Positions 8,615 through 17,878 of a stretch of 50,313 bases of DNA are shown in pieces (the stretch's first letter is position 1; each line of letters opens with the position of its first letter). A program made the translations under genes and the position numbers. The notes beneath the pieces were generated by a model. It ran no database searches and had not been told where the DNA came from. It was given only the letters and a program-made list of their open reading frames with translations. The DNA is from a virus (taxonomy: Duplodnaviria; Caudoviricetes), in the IMG/VR virus record IMGVR_UViG_3300037424_001491, positions 1-50,313 of that record, one strand, 5' to 3'.

Positions 8615-8853
8615 ACTGCCCGCTCCGCGCACCGGCGTACCGTGAACTGATAGGCGTGATTGGTATCGAGGCGACCGTGAAGCTCGCGCGCGCGTATGGT
8701 GGCGCTAGCCTGTACCTCCCTCGCGTCCCGGAGGGCGCGCTTGAGCGCGGCAGCCTCGGGCTCACGCCGGAGGAGCGGGCTGACCTGCTCGACCGCATCA
8801 ACGCGGGCACGGTCGATTTCCCCCCCGCCTCGGCGTCCGAGTTGATGCGCTGA
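8611..8853 (+). CDS. Mor-like small protein lacking the C-terminal HTH
   Basis: IGIEATVKLARAYGGASLYLP matches the N-terminal part of both Mor proteins in the window. Confidence 0.6.
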   Translation: MDCPLRAPAYRELIGVIGIEATVKLARAYGGASLYLPRVPEGALERGSLGLTPEERADLLDRINAGTVDFPPASASELMR

Positions 8854-8861
8854 TACGACAC

Positions 8862-9071
8862 ATGACAGACAGGCAGCGTATACGGATCATACTCGCCACG
8901 GCCGACCTGACCGTGGCGGAGCTGGCGCGCCGGATCGGGCGCTCGCGCACCTGGACGACGCTCGTATTATACGGCCACCGCCCGAGCCCGCCCGCGCGCC
9001 GGGCCATCGCCCGCGCCCTCGGGATGCGCATCGCGGAACTCTGGCCCACATCCAAAAAGGAGGCAGCGTAA
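8862..9071 (+). CDS. Ner/Cro-like HTH protein
   Basis: LTVAELARRIGRSRTW...AIARALGMRIAELWP; divergent from the repressor. Confidence 0.8.
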   Translation: MTDRQRIRIILATADLTVAELARRIGRSRTWTTLVLYGHRPSPPARRAIARALGMRIAELWPTSKKEAA

Positions 9072-9281
9072 ATGATTACCCTCGTAACACGCCGTGTAGA
9101 CGTGGACGGGACGGTGAGCGTAAAAGGTCTCACGTTCAGGGTTCCTCCCGCTCTGGCCGGGCGCACGATAAAGGTGGACGTAGCGAACCTGCTGTATTTC
9201 CTGCCGCATGAAATACAGCGGAGAACGCACGGCTCAAAGCGTCCACTTCCCGAATTAACCCATGGATGCATCGGGGGCTGA
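9072..9281 (+). CDS. Small protein resembling the transposase C-terminal beta domain
   Basis: RRVDVDGTVSVKGLTFRV vs RKVDVAGWFEYQGKAYEV in the transposase; AAGGAGG RBS. Confidence 0.5.
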   Translation: MITLVTRRVDVDGTVSVKGLTFRVPPALAGRTIKVDVANLLYFLPHEIQRRTHGSKRPLPELTHGCIGG

Positions 9282-9522
9282 AGTGCGGATCCTCGCACTC
9301 GGGTTGATAGAGATCGTGACCATGGCAGAACCACGCGCTGGGGCAGGCGCTCCAGCGGTGGAAGGCGGCGTCTGATATGTCCAGCATGACCCTGCCGTCC
9401 TCTTCCATCAGAAGCTCGCGCTCCGGGGCCATGGCCGCGCCGCACTCGGGGCAGCGGTGCTTCCTGACGGCATCGCCGAATCGCATGGCCCCGCTGCAAT
9501 GCAGGCAGATGAACTTATTCAC
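9136..9522 (-). CDS. Zinc-ribbon hypothetical protein
   Basis: AAGGAGG RBS before GTG; CLHC...CPEC. Confidence 0.45.
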   Translation of the reverse strand: MNKFICLHCSGAMRFGDAVRKHRCPECGAAMAPERELLMEEDGRVMLDISDAAFHRWSACPSAWFCHGHDLYQPECEDPHFSPRCIHGLIREVDALSRAFSAVFHAAGNTAGSLRPPLSCARPEREEP

Positions 9523-9976
9523 CAGCGGCCTCCTTCCAGACGCGGTCTGGATCTGGCCGGATAACCCCAACGGAAAGGTGGCGGAAATGGAAGGCGCACT
9601 CCGTATCCGGCTGTTCAAACTGGGGGCGGCCCTGAGGGGCATCCCATCCGACGTTGTTGATCTCCACATCGCCCTCGACGGTGCCCATGGCGGCCCCCGT
9701 GAATACGGGCTTCTTGAGTCGGTTAACCGTTGGGTGCTCCGGCATCGTGTCCACCCTTCGCTTATTCATAAATATCCGCGCAGATCTCGGCGAGGCTCTC
9801 AACCCTGGCCGGATGAGTATATAGAGGATACCGTAGATCAACTGGAGCGGCATTTACAAGGGAGTCCAGCAACGGAAAGGTGGCGTAAATGGAGGCAATA
9901 GTTCGCGATATCCAAAAGAACACCGGAGGCAAGGCTTCAAGGAAATGGATCAAGGAAACCATGAGGCTGTTGGGTT

Positions 9977-10534
9977 TCATGCCTTTGACTCCTTCGCGTA
10001 AATCGGCCACTGAAGCGCCTGCGGTGATGGGGATACCCCTATCGGGGAAAAAATATCCCATTGGAACTCGTGAATCCTCCATGAGGCGCAAACGTGATTA
10101 AGGCAGACAAAAAACTCCTTAAGGTGCTTAACGAGTGCTGGACGCGTCTTGCACTTTGGACAGACATGGCTCCCGGGCTCCTTCGCGAGCTTTGCAAATC
10201 TCCGAAACGGGATGGAGTATGGCTTGCCGCAGTGCCCGCATGCCAACGTGAGGCTGTTGATGGTGTGGATAGGGAGATTGTCCAACTTGTAAGTATCATA
10301 ACCGGTTACGCCATTCCCCGATTGCCTTATAAGGTCATGCACAGCGACGAGGCGGGGGTAGAACCGGAAAAATCTTTCAATGTCCCCTTTGCGGCTAGAC
10401 TTACTATTAGAGGTTATGCCGCATTTTATGCATTCTATCGCGCCCGCTTTACGGACAAGGTTGAATCTGTCCTTGGGTATATAGAAATGCGCAAGACACT
10501 TTCTGCAGATGAATACGGCATCCTGAATAAACAC
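9977..10534 (-). CDS. Double zinc-ribbon accessory protein
   Basis: Four CxxC pairs in two repeated units; AGGAGG RBS; promoter TTTACG-17 bp-TAGAAT at 10593-10565. Confidence 0.7.
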   Translation of the reverse strand: MFIQDAVFICRKCLAHFYIPKDRFNLVRKAGAIECIKCGITSNSKSSRKGDIERFFRFYPRLVAVHDLIRQSGNGVTGYDTYKLDNLPIHTINSLTLACGHCGKPYSIPFRRFAKLAKEPGSHVCPKCKTRPALVKHLKEFFVCLNHVCASWRIHEFQWDIFSPIGVSPSPQALQWPIYAKESKA

Positions 10535-10592
10535 TCCGGCCTCCTCCTCTCTGAACCTGCCCTGATTCTAACATTTCCGGCCCGGTGCGTAA

Positions 10593-11060
10593 ATGTCTAA
10601 GGTTCGAGGCAGAATTGGCAAAGGCCAGTTGAGCATCTTCGAGTTCGTGGAGCGCGTGGCGCGCGATCAGGCCGGGGCCTCCGCCCCCGTGTCCACCCTC
10701 GGCAAATCGAGCATAGACGCGGCCGTGCGCTCGATCGTCTCCGAGGGGCTCAAGCGCTCGCCCCTCTCGCGCGAGCTTGTGGCCGGGCGGATGTCCGAGA
10801 TCCTCGGCGTGTCTATATCCAAGGCGCAGCTGGACGCGTGGTCCGCCGAAAGCAAGGAGAATCACAGGTTTCCCGTTGTCTACGTCCACGCCTTCTGCCT
10901 CGCGGCGGGCGATTACGCGCTCATGCGTTACATGGCCGAGATGTGCGGAGGCTACTTCGTGCAGGGCGAGGAGAGCGTGGACTTTGCCATCGGGCGGGCC
11001 ACGGAAGAGGTCAAGCGCCTCCAGAAGTCCATCAGGAATCTGAGGGCGCTTAAACGATGA
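10593..11060 (+). CDS. Phage regulatory (CII-like) protein
   Basis: SRELVAGRMSEILGVSISKAQLDAWSAESK HTH-like segment; early operon position. Confidence 0.6.
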   Translation: MSKVRGRIGKGQLSIFEFVERVARDQAGASAPVSTLGKSSIDAAVRSIVSEGLKRSPLSRELVAGRMSEILGVSISKAQLDAWSAESKENHRFPVVYVHAFCLAAGDYALMRYMAEMCGGYFVQGEESVDFAIGRATEEVKRLQKSIRNLRALKR

Positions 11061-11182
11061 TTGCCGTGCGCGGTGTATACGGGCGGGCCTCCCTCGCGCC
11101 CAACGGGCGGGGTTCGGAGGGCGCGATGCCCTCCACCCCAACCGTGCCGCGTCGGACATGAAAACGGATTGAAAGGAGACGG

Positions 11183-11530
11183 ATGGGCACCGAACGTTCA
11201 TACGCGAGCGAACCGCAGCAGGCATTAATGAAGGTGGTGGAGTACATGGCGGAGGACGCCCTGACCCCGAAGACGCGCAAGGAGCTTGCCGAGGCCCTCG
11301 GGATCACGCCGGACGCCGCGTGGCGCACGCTCTGGAACCTCCGCGAGGCCGGGTGGGTCGAAGAGGCGTCCGGAGGATACCGCCTCGCCCCGCGCATCGT
11401 GCAGATCTCGGACAGCTTCCGCCTTGCGGTGGCCGATACGCTCGGGAGGTATATGCCTGCCCCAGCGCGGCAGCACCGCCCGACCACCAAAGAGATTTGG
11501 GCCGCCGCATTCCCGGAGGACATGAAGTGA
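11183..11530 (+). CDS. Winged-helix DNA-binding protein
   Basis: KELAEALGITPDAAWRTLWNLREAGWVEE. Confidence 0.7.
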   Translation: MGTERSYASEPQQALMKVVEYMAEDALTPKTRKELAEALGITPDAAWRTLWNLREAGWVEEASGGYRLAPRIVQISDSFRLAVADTLGRYMPAPARQHRPTTKEIWAAAFPEDMK

Positions 11531-11626
11531 TCCAGAGACCGTGGAGGGAGCTTTGGAGCCGCCTTGAGGCGGAGGGATACTATCTAAACGCTTGGACGAA
11601 TATCGCAATAACGGAGGAGAGAAGAG

Positions 11627-12454
11627 ATGGCGCGCAAGAAGAAGAGTGAGGAGCTGACGGAGCGGGAGATCGAGGCGCGGGCAGCGCTCGCGGCCCGCGA
11701 CACAGCCGTGATGCAGAAGGAATGGGCGCTCGCGCCCTACAACTTAGGTAAGCTGTACGACCTCGGCCTCCGTGTGCAGCAGGCAAAATGGCTGTTAAAA
11801 CAGGAGGTTGGGATCCGTTTCGCCCTCGGGTGCATCCTGATGGAGATCAAGGAGCACGAGAATTTGCAAACATTTGCAAAAATCCTCGGCGAGGAGTTCG
11901 GGGGGATGGCCCAGCGCACGGCCTACAATTACATGCTCTTCGCGAAGAAGTGCGTTGACCTCCCGAAGCTCAAGTCATTCGCCGAGGACAACTGGTCCAA
12001 GGCGCTCGTGCTCATGCACTCGTGCACCGAGGACGAGCTGAAGGAGCTTGAGGACAAGGGCCTCGATGGTCGGGTGCTCGACGACATGGACGGCATGAGC
12101 GTGCGGCAGCTGAAGGCCGCGCTCCGGAAGCACAAGCACGAGACGGACAAGATCGTCCGGGCCGAGACCCACGCGCTCAAGGTGGAGAAGGATGCCCTTA
12201 TAAAGGAGAACGAGCAGCTCCGGGCCTTCTCGCCCGAGTCCAAGGATATGGACTGGTCCATGGAGCAGACGAAAGAGATCGAGGCCGCGCTCAACGGGTT
12301 CGACGTGCTGCTCAGGCGCTTCGCCTTTGACGAGCGGATACTCGGCCACCCGGAGCTTCAGGCGCTGGTGGAGGGCGTGCACCGCCGCATGGAGGCCCGC
12401 CTGAAACACTTCATCTCGGACTGGGACGCACGGGTCACGGGCGAGGACGAGTAG
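11627..12454 (+). CDS. Mu-like early protein (DUF3102-like)
   Basis: GMAQRTAYNYM HTH-like and LDDMDGMSVRQLK segments; directly upstream of the transposase. Confidence 0.6.
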   Translation: MARKKKSEELTEREIEARAALAARDTAVMQKEWALAPYNLGKLYDLGLRVQQAKWLLKQEVGIRFALGCILMEIKEHENLQTFAKILGEEFGGMAQRTAYNYMLFAKKCVDLPKLKSFAEDNWSKALVLMHSCTEDELKELEDKGLDGRVLDDMDGMSVRQLKAALRKHKHETDKIVRAETHALKVEKDALIKENEQLRAFSPESKDMDWSMEQTKEIEAALNGFDVLLRRFAFDERILGHPELQALVEGVHRRMEARLKHFISDWDARVTGEDE

Positions 12455-12455
12455 G

Positions 12456-14048
12456 GTGTCTATCTCCCCCGGGCTCATGGAGCAGATCCGCGCGGAGGTG
12501 AATGCCGCCCCGCGCGGGCAGAAGGCGGTGGTGGTAGCGCGGTGGGCCGAGGTCCTGAAGGTGGATCGCGCGACCGTCTACACGCTCCTCCGCGTGCCTG
12601 GGGGCCGGACGCGCAAGGCCGGGGCAAAGAGTCGGGAGCTCGTGGCGTGGGCCACGGTGGCGGCGGTGTACAAGAAGTCCCCGCCTCCGGGCGCTGGCGA
12701 GATCAGCACGGATCAGGCCGTGCGCCTCGCGGTGCAAAACGGCGACCTCCCGGCCGGGGCGCTCGAGGTGCCCGTGGCCACGATCAATCGCACTATCCGT
12801 GCCCTCGGGCTCGCGCCGCAGGCCAGGCGGCGCAACCGCATACAGGCGGGGTACCCCAACCGCCGCCACCACTTCGACGCCTCGTCGAGCAAGTTCCTCT
12901 ACGTGGCCCGCGACCTCGGGGGCGGCGACTACCTGCTCAAGCTCCACCGCCCGGGGCAGATGGGATACAAGAACAAGCCCATCCCCGTGGAGCGCCTCCG
13001 CCCGTGGGTCTACGGCGTAACGGACGATTACTCGGGCCGCCTGATCGTCCGCTATACCGTGGCCCACGGCGAGAGCCTCGTGGACTCGCTCTCGTTCCTC
13101 GCCCACGCGTGGGAGCGGATGGGCCTGCCCGAGGATCTCCTTGCGGATCAGGGCATCCTGAAGAAGGGCTTTGCGTCGGCGGATCTCATTGCCCGGCTCG
13201 ACGTGGGGCTGCCCGAGTCGCTCCCTTACGCCAAGGAGGCGCACGGCAAGATCGAGCGCCCGTGGCGCACGCTCTGGCAGCGCCTCGAAAAGCCCATGTT
13301 CGCCGGAGACTGGAAAAAGTTCGAGCTGAAGCTCAGCGAGCTGCACGTCATGACCGAGAACTACCTCGCGGAATACAACGCCATGCCCCACAGGTTCGAG
13401 CGTGAGATCTCGCGCATGGACGCGTGGGAGAAGATCAACTGGCGCGGCGGGCTCGTGGCGCTCCCGGAGGACGCCCTTGCCACGGTGGCCCGGCGCAAGA
13501 AGCGCAAGGTGGACGTGGCCGGGTGGTTCGAGTATCAGGGCAAGGCATACGAGGTCGCGGGCCTCCATAACGCGTGGGTCTATGTGTACGAGGGCGTCTT
13601 CGGCGACCGCCTCGCGGTGCAGGACATCAAGACCGGAACACGCTACAACGCGAGCGCCCCCCGCATCCTCGACGTGGACGAGTTCCGCGCCCACCCCGAG
13701 ACCCCGCACGATCGCGCGGTCAAGGAGGCCGCCACCCTCGACGTGCCGCGCGCGGCCATGCTCTACCAGTCAGCGCCCGAGGCGCGCGCGGAGAGCGCGG
13801 CCCTGAAAGCGCCCGCGCGCGTAAAAGCGGTGCGCGAGATCGAGGATCCGCTCGATGCGTCCGTCCACCCCACGGTCGAGGAAGCGTACCGCGAGTTCGC
13901 GGGCATCGTCGGGGCGTTCATCCCGGAGGACATGAGAGAGGAGGTGATGGCCGAGATCGAATCGAACGGACGCGACAGGGAATTCGTGCGCATGTTCGCC
14001 CTGGACGTGCGCGCGGCGATGGAACAGCAGGTGGCGGTGAACGGATAA
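12456..14048 (+). CDS. DDE transposase (MuA analogue)
   Basis: N-terminal HTH; HHFDAS, LADQG and AHGKIERPW catalytic motifs. Confidence 0.9.
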   Translation: MSISPGLMEQIRAEVNAAPRGQKAVVVARWAEVLKVDRATVYTLLRVPGGRTRKAGAKSRELVAWATVAAVYKKSPPPGAGEISTDQAVRLAVQNGDLPAGALEVPVATINRTIRALGLAPQARRRNRIQAGYPNRRHHFDASSSKFLYVARDLGGGDYLLKLHRPGQMGYKNKPIPVERLRPWVYGVTDDYSGRLIVRYTVAHGESLVDSLSFLAHAWERMGLPEDLLADQGILKKGFASADLIARLDVGLPESLPYAKEAHGKIERPWRTLWQRLEKPMFAGDWKKFELKLSELHVMTENYLAEYNAMPHRFEREISRMDAWEKINWRGGLVALPEDALATVARRKKRKVDVAGWFEYQGKAYEVAGLHNAWVYVYEGVFGDRLAVQDIKTGTRYNASAPRILDVDEFRAHPETPHDRAVKEAATLDVPRAAMLYQSAPEARAESAALKAPARVKAVREIEDPLDASVHPTVEEAYREFAGIVGAFIPEDMREEVMAEIESNGRDREFVRMFALDVRAAMEQQVAVNG

Positions 14049-14071
14049 ACATCAACATACGGAGGATCGCG

Positions 14072-15067
14072 GTGAATATATCGAGGCTTGAAGTACTCGC
14101 GGAATACGGTTACGGCAAAGACCCCTTTAACGGGGTGATGGTCGAGACGGGCGACAGCGCGAAGCTCAGGCGCGTGCTCGGCATGGCGGTCAAATCGCAG
14201 GCCATGGTCGCGGTGGTGGCCCGGTGGGGCTTTGGCAAGACCACTGCTCTGAAGATGGCGCTTGAGGACGTGAACGCGCACATCGTGCACCTCCACACCC
14301 CGGACAAGGAGCGCGTGGTCGTCTCGGACATCGAGAAGGGCATCATCCTCTCGCTCTCGAACGAGTCGTGCAAACGCACGAAGGAGCTGCGCGCGATCCA
14401 GATCAGGCGGATCCTCGGCGAGGCCGCGCGCGAGCGGCCCGTGGTGCTCGTGATCGAAGAAGCCCACCGGATGCACCCCTCCACGCTCCGGGCCTTAAAG
14501 ACCTTCCGCGAGCTTGAGTGGATGGGCCGCTCGCCCCTCTTTACCACCGTGCTCGTGGGCCAGACCAACCCCCTGAACAAGCGGCACGTGGACGAGGTGC
14601 GGCTCCGCTCCTCCGTGGTGCAGATGCGCGGAATCGCCCCGTCCGAGGCGGCTGAGTATATCCACCACACCGTGGGGCGTCACTTCGACACGGACGCGGT
14701 GGAGGCGTTCTCGGCCCTGCCCGAGGCGCGGAACTTCCTTGAGATGCAGGAGGCGCTGGTGGCCCTTATGGAGCGGGCGCTCACCGAGGGTCGGAAGCGG
14801 GTTACGGGCATGGACGTGTTCGAGGTCTACGGCGGGGGGCTCAAGGAGCTGATCAAGGCCACGGGTAGGACCCTCACCGAGATCGCGGCGGAGGCTGGCG
14901 TGCCGCGCGTGGCCGCGAGCATGGTGGTCAACAACAAGCCCGGCTCGCTCACGCAGGAGACGGTAACCGCGCACCGCGAGGCCCTCGGCGCGGTGCTCAG
15001 GAAATACCAGGGCAACAAGGGCAAGAGCCAGCCGAAGCTCAAGGCGGTGATCGGGGGCGGGGAATGA
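14072..15067 (+). CDS. ExeA-like AAA+ transposition ATPase (MuB analogue)
   Basis: GGAGG RBS plus GTG; Walker A ARWGFGKTT, Walker B LVIEEAH; C-terminal HTH. Confidence 0.88.
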   Translation: MNISRLEVLAEYGYGKDPFNGVMVETGDSAKLRRVLGMAVKSQAMVAVVARWGFGKTTALKMALEDVNAHIVHLHTPDKERVVVSDIEKGIILSLSNESCKRTKELRAIQIRRILGEAARERPVVLVIEEAHRMHPSTLRALKTFRELEWMGRSPLFTTVLVGQTNPLNKRHVDEVRLRSSVVQMRGIAPSEAAEYIHHTVGRHFDTDAVEAFSALPEARNFLEMQEALVALMERALTEGRKRVTGMDVFEVYGGGLKELIKATGRTLTEIAAEAGVPRVAASMVVNNKPGSLTQETVTAHREALGAVLRKYQGNKGKSQPKLKAVIGGGE

Positions 15068-15261
15068 ACGCGCCCCACGTCTGCCCGGTCACGCTCGCGC
15101 AGTGCGACGAGGCCATGCGCCCCACGTGCAGCCAGCCGCTCCGGTGCGGGATTACGCAGGAGCGCGCGGCCTATATGCACTCATGCCCGCTGCGCATGTA
15201 TACCCCCCACCCGAGCATGTTGCGCGCGGCGCTGTACGCGGAGGTGGCTAATGTCGGATAA
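15064..15261 (+). CDS. Hypothetical Cys-rich protein
   Basis: ATGA overlap with the upstream gene; RBS. Confidence 0.55.
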   Translation: MNAPHVCPVTLAQCDEAMRPTCSQPLRCGITQERAAYMHSCPLRMYTPHPSMLRAALYAEVANVG

Positions 15262-15811
15262 CGCCATCATCTGCGCCGGATGCGCCCGGCCCGTGGGCAC
15301 GGGTGGAGTGATCCTCGTCACGGCCTCGCCTCTCCCGCTCGCGTCCGCCGGGAGGCCCGTGCGCGCGAGCGTCCTCAAGGCCATGGCGCTCTCCCGCACC
15401 GAGATATCCGAGGCGCGGCAGAACGTCTACTGCGGCAAGGCCTGCGCCCTCGCCCGGCTCGACGCGGAGCTTGACGCGATACTCGGCATCGCCCGCGCGC
15501 CACACCTCGCCGCCGGATGCACGCCGTCTGCGGGGCGCGTCCGGTATATCCCCTGCGCATACGCGCCGGGCGGCTGCCCGTGCGCCTACCGCCGCAGGAT
15601 GAGGTGGGAGGGCGCGGACTGCATGGAGGTGCTCACCTGCGGCGAGACGCATACGCCCGTGGCCGAGCTTGCCGAATGCCCCCTCACCGCCGGATGCACC
15701 CCGTCTGCGGCGTCCCGCATCGCTTGCGGTAGCGATGCTACAGCGCCGCGCGCGGAACATCCACATACGGAGCACCCCGACGCCGAGGACGGACAGGAAG
15801 GGGGCGAGTAA
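15251..15811 (+). CDS. Hypothetical Cys-rich protein containing palindromic element copies
   Basis: GGAGG RBS; duplicated AGCTPSA peptide encoded by the repeat. Confidence 0.55.
   Translation: MSDNAIICAGCARPVGTGGVILVTASPLPLASAGRPVRASVLKAMALSRTEISEARQNVYCGKACALARLDAELDAILGIARAPHLAAGCTPSAGRVRYIPCAYAPGGCPCAYRRRMRWEGADCMEVLTCGETHTPVAELAECPLTAGCTPSAASRIACGSDATAPRAEHPHTEHPDAEDGQEGGE
15682..15788 (-). repeat. Diverged copy of the ~105-bp palindromic element (partial copy at 15505-15544)
   Basis: CCGGATGCACCCC...GTAGCGATGCTAC...GCACCCCG aligns with the reverse complement of the 17252 and 46371 copies. Confidence 0.65.
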
Positions 15812-16029
15812 TGGGGGAGAGGATTACGGCAATCGGTCACGTTAGCGTTGAGCTTGAGTTCGATGTTTTACTCCAACGCGGCTACGACGAAGACGCCATA
15901 AAGCGCGTGGTGTTTGACTACCTAAATAGCTGTGGTCTTGATGGCGCGTTAGAGGCGGTAAATGCTGAGGTTGATTCGATGCACATTTGCACCGGAGGAG
16001 TTGAGCTATCAGTTGAGGAGCAGCCATGA
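15811..16029 (+). CDS. Hypothetical protein
   Basis: Translationally coupled ORF in the early operon. Confidence 0.5.
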   Translation: MGERITAIGHVSVELEFDVLLQRGYDEDAIKRVVFDYLNSCGLDGALEAVNAEVDSMHICTGGVELSVEEQP

Positions 16030-16286
16030 CTGACCGCGCGTGGATCATAGCCGGGGCCGTGGCCGTGCTCATGTTCGGCGCGGGCCTCATGTGCGGGCAC
16101 AGGGTGGCCACGGCGCACGCGCGCCATGCGCGGGCCGATGCATCCGCGTGCGTGGCCACGCTCCACCGCGCGGGCGCGTCCATGGCCCGCATGACCGCAA
16201 GCGTGCGCGAGGTCAACTCCCAGGTGCGCGCCCTCACCGGGCGCAACGTAATCACGATCAACGGTGTGGAGCTGGAGGTTAGATAG
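16026..16286 (+). CDS. Hypothetical membrane protein
   Basis: N-terminal hydrophobic helix; ATGA overlap. Confidence 0.55.
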   Translation: MTDRAWIIAGAVAVLMFGAGLMCGHRVATAHARHARADASACVATLHRAGASMARMTASVREVNSQVRALTGRNVITINGVELEVR

Positions 16287-16789
16287 TGATGGATCAGATC
16301 GTCAAACAGGTCGCACGGGCGCGCAGGCGGCTCGCGGTGGTCGCGACCAATTTCAACACGGCCATGGAGCGCACGCGCGAGCGCTACACGCACAAACTCA
16401 CGCGCCTCGCCACGGACGTGGCCCGCGCCGAGGCCGAGCTTGCCGAGGCCATCGAGGCCGCGCCCGAACAGTTCGCGCGCCCCAAGACCCGCACGCGCTA
16501 CGGCATCAAGTTCGGCCTCCGCAAAGAGAAAGGCCGCATCGAGATCCCCGACGAGGCGGCCACGCTCAGGCTCATCGAGCGCCACTGCCCCGAGCGCGTG
16601 GACGACCTGATAGTGACCACGCGCCGGGTGAGCAAGGACGCACTCGCGCGCTGCGATGCCGCGCTCCTCAAGCGTCTCGGCGTCCGCGTCACCGCCGACA
16701 CGGACGCACCCGTAATCAAGGCCGAGGATACCGAGGCCGACAAAATCATCCGCGCGGCCATGAAGGCCGTGAACACACAGGAGGTATAG
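16286..16789 (+). CDS. gam: Gam-like host-nuclease inhibitor
   Basis: FARPKTRTRYGIKFGLRKEKG...VSKDAL...LKRLGV. Confidence 0.8.
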   Translation: MMDQIVKQVARARRRLAVVATNFNTAMERTRERYTHKLTRLATDVARAEAELAEAIEAAPEQFARPKTRTRYGIKFGLRKEKGRIEIPDEAATLRLIERHCPERVDDLIVTTRRVSKDALARCDAALLKRLGVRVTADTDAPVIKAEDTEADKIIRAAMKAVNTQEV

Positions 16790-16792
16790 GCA

Positions 16793-17083
16793 ATGGAGGC
16801 GATACACTTCGACCAGGCAACAGACATTCTTGGTGCCCCCCAGGGCAAAGAGGGCGAGATCGGCGGTATGCCCATCTACCGCCATCCCGATGGACTCATC
16901 GTCTCATGTTGGAAGTTAAGCGAGGAAGAGCTTGAGGAGGTTAAACGCACGGGCATTGTGTGGCTCTGGGTCATGGGGCCGGACACGTATCCGCTCGCCA
17001 TGGATGGGATATCCCCGTGGGGACGTAAACCCGACGAAGCCGCCGCGCCCGCCGCGCCCGGAGCGGCGGGGGAGGAGGCATAG
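16793..17083 (+). CDS. Conserved phage hypothetical protein
   Basis: VSCWKLSEEELEEVKRTGIVWLWVMG; RBS. Confidence 0.65.
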   Translation: MEAIHFDQATDILGAPQGKEGEIGGMPIYRHPDGLIVSCWKLSEEELEEVKRTGIVWLWVMGPDTYPLAMDGISPWGRKPDEAAAPAAPGAAGEEA

Positions 17084-17086
17084 CCC

Positions 17087-17215
17087 ATGTTCAAGCTCAA
17101 GAAAGGCGATACGGTTAACGACGTGCTCTGCTTTGCGTGCGCAAACGCGGAGGGCTGCCCCGGCCCGTGCGAGGTCTACCTGTTCACGGGCGAGCGCTGC
17201 GAGGACTGGCAATGA
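17087..17215 (+). CDS. 42-aa Cys-rich protein (not in the ORF track)
   Basis: GGAGG RBS; MFKLKKGDTVNDVLCFACANAEGCPGPC...; ATGA overlap with the next ORF. Confidence 0.55.
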   Translation: MFKLKKGDTVNDVLCFACANAEGCPGPCEVYLFTGERCEDWQ

Positions 17216-17529
17216 ATACAAACAATGGGAATCTCACATTATCCGCTCAAAGGGTCGTTGCCGGGGTGCCGCAGATGCGAGAGGACTGCGAGCGCAGTCG
17301 TAGCAGCGCTACTTCAAGCGAGCATGACCGAGCAGATGCGGTGCATCCGGCACGACCCCAAAAGAGGGGTCTCGAAGGGGGACATGGTTCCCCTTCGGAG
17401 TGCGAGTACTTCATCCCGGACGAGACGGTGGAAGTGGGCGGGCGCGAGTTCCATGGCTGCGGGTACGACGCGAGCCCCGGAAACTGCCCCTTTAACGGCG
17501 ACCTCGCTTGCTGCGGCGAGCGGGAGTAA
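17212..17529 (+). CDS. Hypothetical protein carrying an in-frame palindromic element
   Basis: ATG 17212; element-derived peptide followed by a Cys-rich C-terminus. Confidence 0.5.
   Translation: MNTNNGNLTLSAQRVVAGVPQMREDCERSRSSATSSEHDRADAVHPARPQKRGLEGGHGSPSECEYFIPDETVEVGGREFHGCGYDASPGNCPFNGDLACCGERE
17252..17397 (+). repeat. Palindromic element plus CGAAGGGG hairpin
   Basis: Near-identical core to 46371-46515; closing stem GGGTCGTTGCCGG/CCGGCACGACCC. Confidence 0.8.
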
Positions 17530-17539
17530 GGGGCTGCCC

Positions 17540-17878
17540 ATGTTTGACGCCATGACAGACGCGGAGCGGGCCGTGCTCGGATGCATCGAGCCGGGGCGCG
17601 GCAGGGCTGTCCCGGTAAACGTTATCGCCCTGCTGACGAACCTCCCGGAGCGCCGCGTGCGGCGGATCGTGCGCGGGCTGATAGACGAGCACGGTGTCTG
17701 CATCGGGAGCTCAACCGCGCCGCCCGCCGGGTACTTCCTCATAAACAACCCAGAGGAGATCGAGGCAGCGTATCGCCGCCTCCGCCATCGCGGCATCTCC
17801 ATACTCGCCCGTGCGGCCCGGCTCCGCGATATCTCGGTCGTGGACGTGTTCGGCCAGGGCGAGCTGGTGCCCCGATGA
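17540..17878 (+). CDS. HTH domain protein
   Basis: LPERRVRRIVRGLIDEHGVCIGSS...GYFL. Confidence 0.7.
   Translation: MFDAMTDAERAVLGCIEPGRGRAVPVNVIALLTNLPERRVRRIVRGLIDEHGVCIGSSTAPPAGYFLINNPEEIEAAYRRLRHRGISILARAARLRDISVVDVFGQGELVPR

Noticed and set aside
9377-10600. Plus-strand ORFs 9377-9901, 9889-10101 and 10094-10600
   Set aside because: They overlap better-supported minus-strand ORFs with RBS, promoter and CxxC motifs; the coding strand around 9515-9900 could not be resolved
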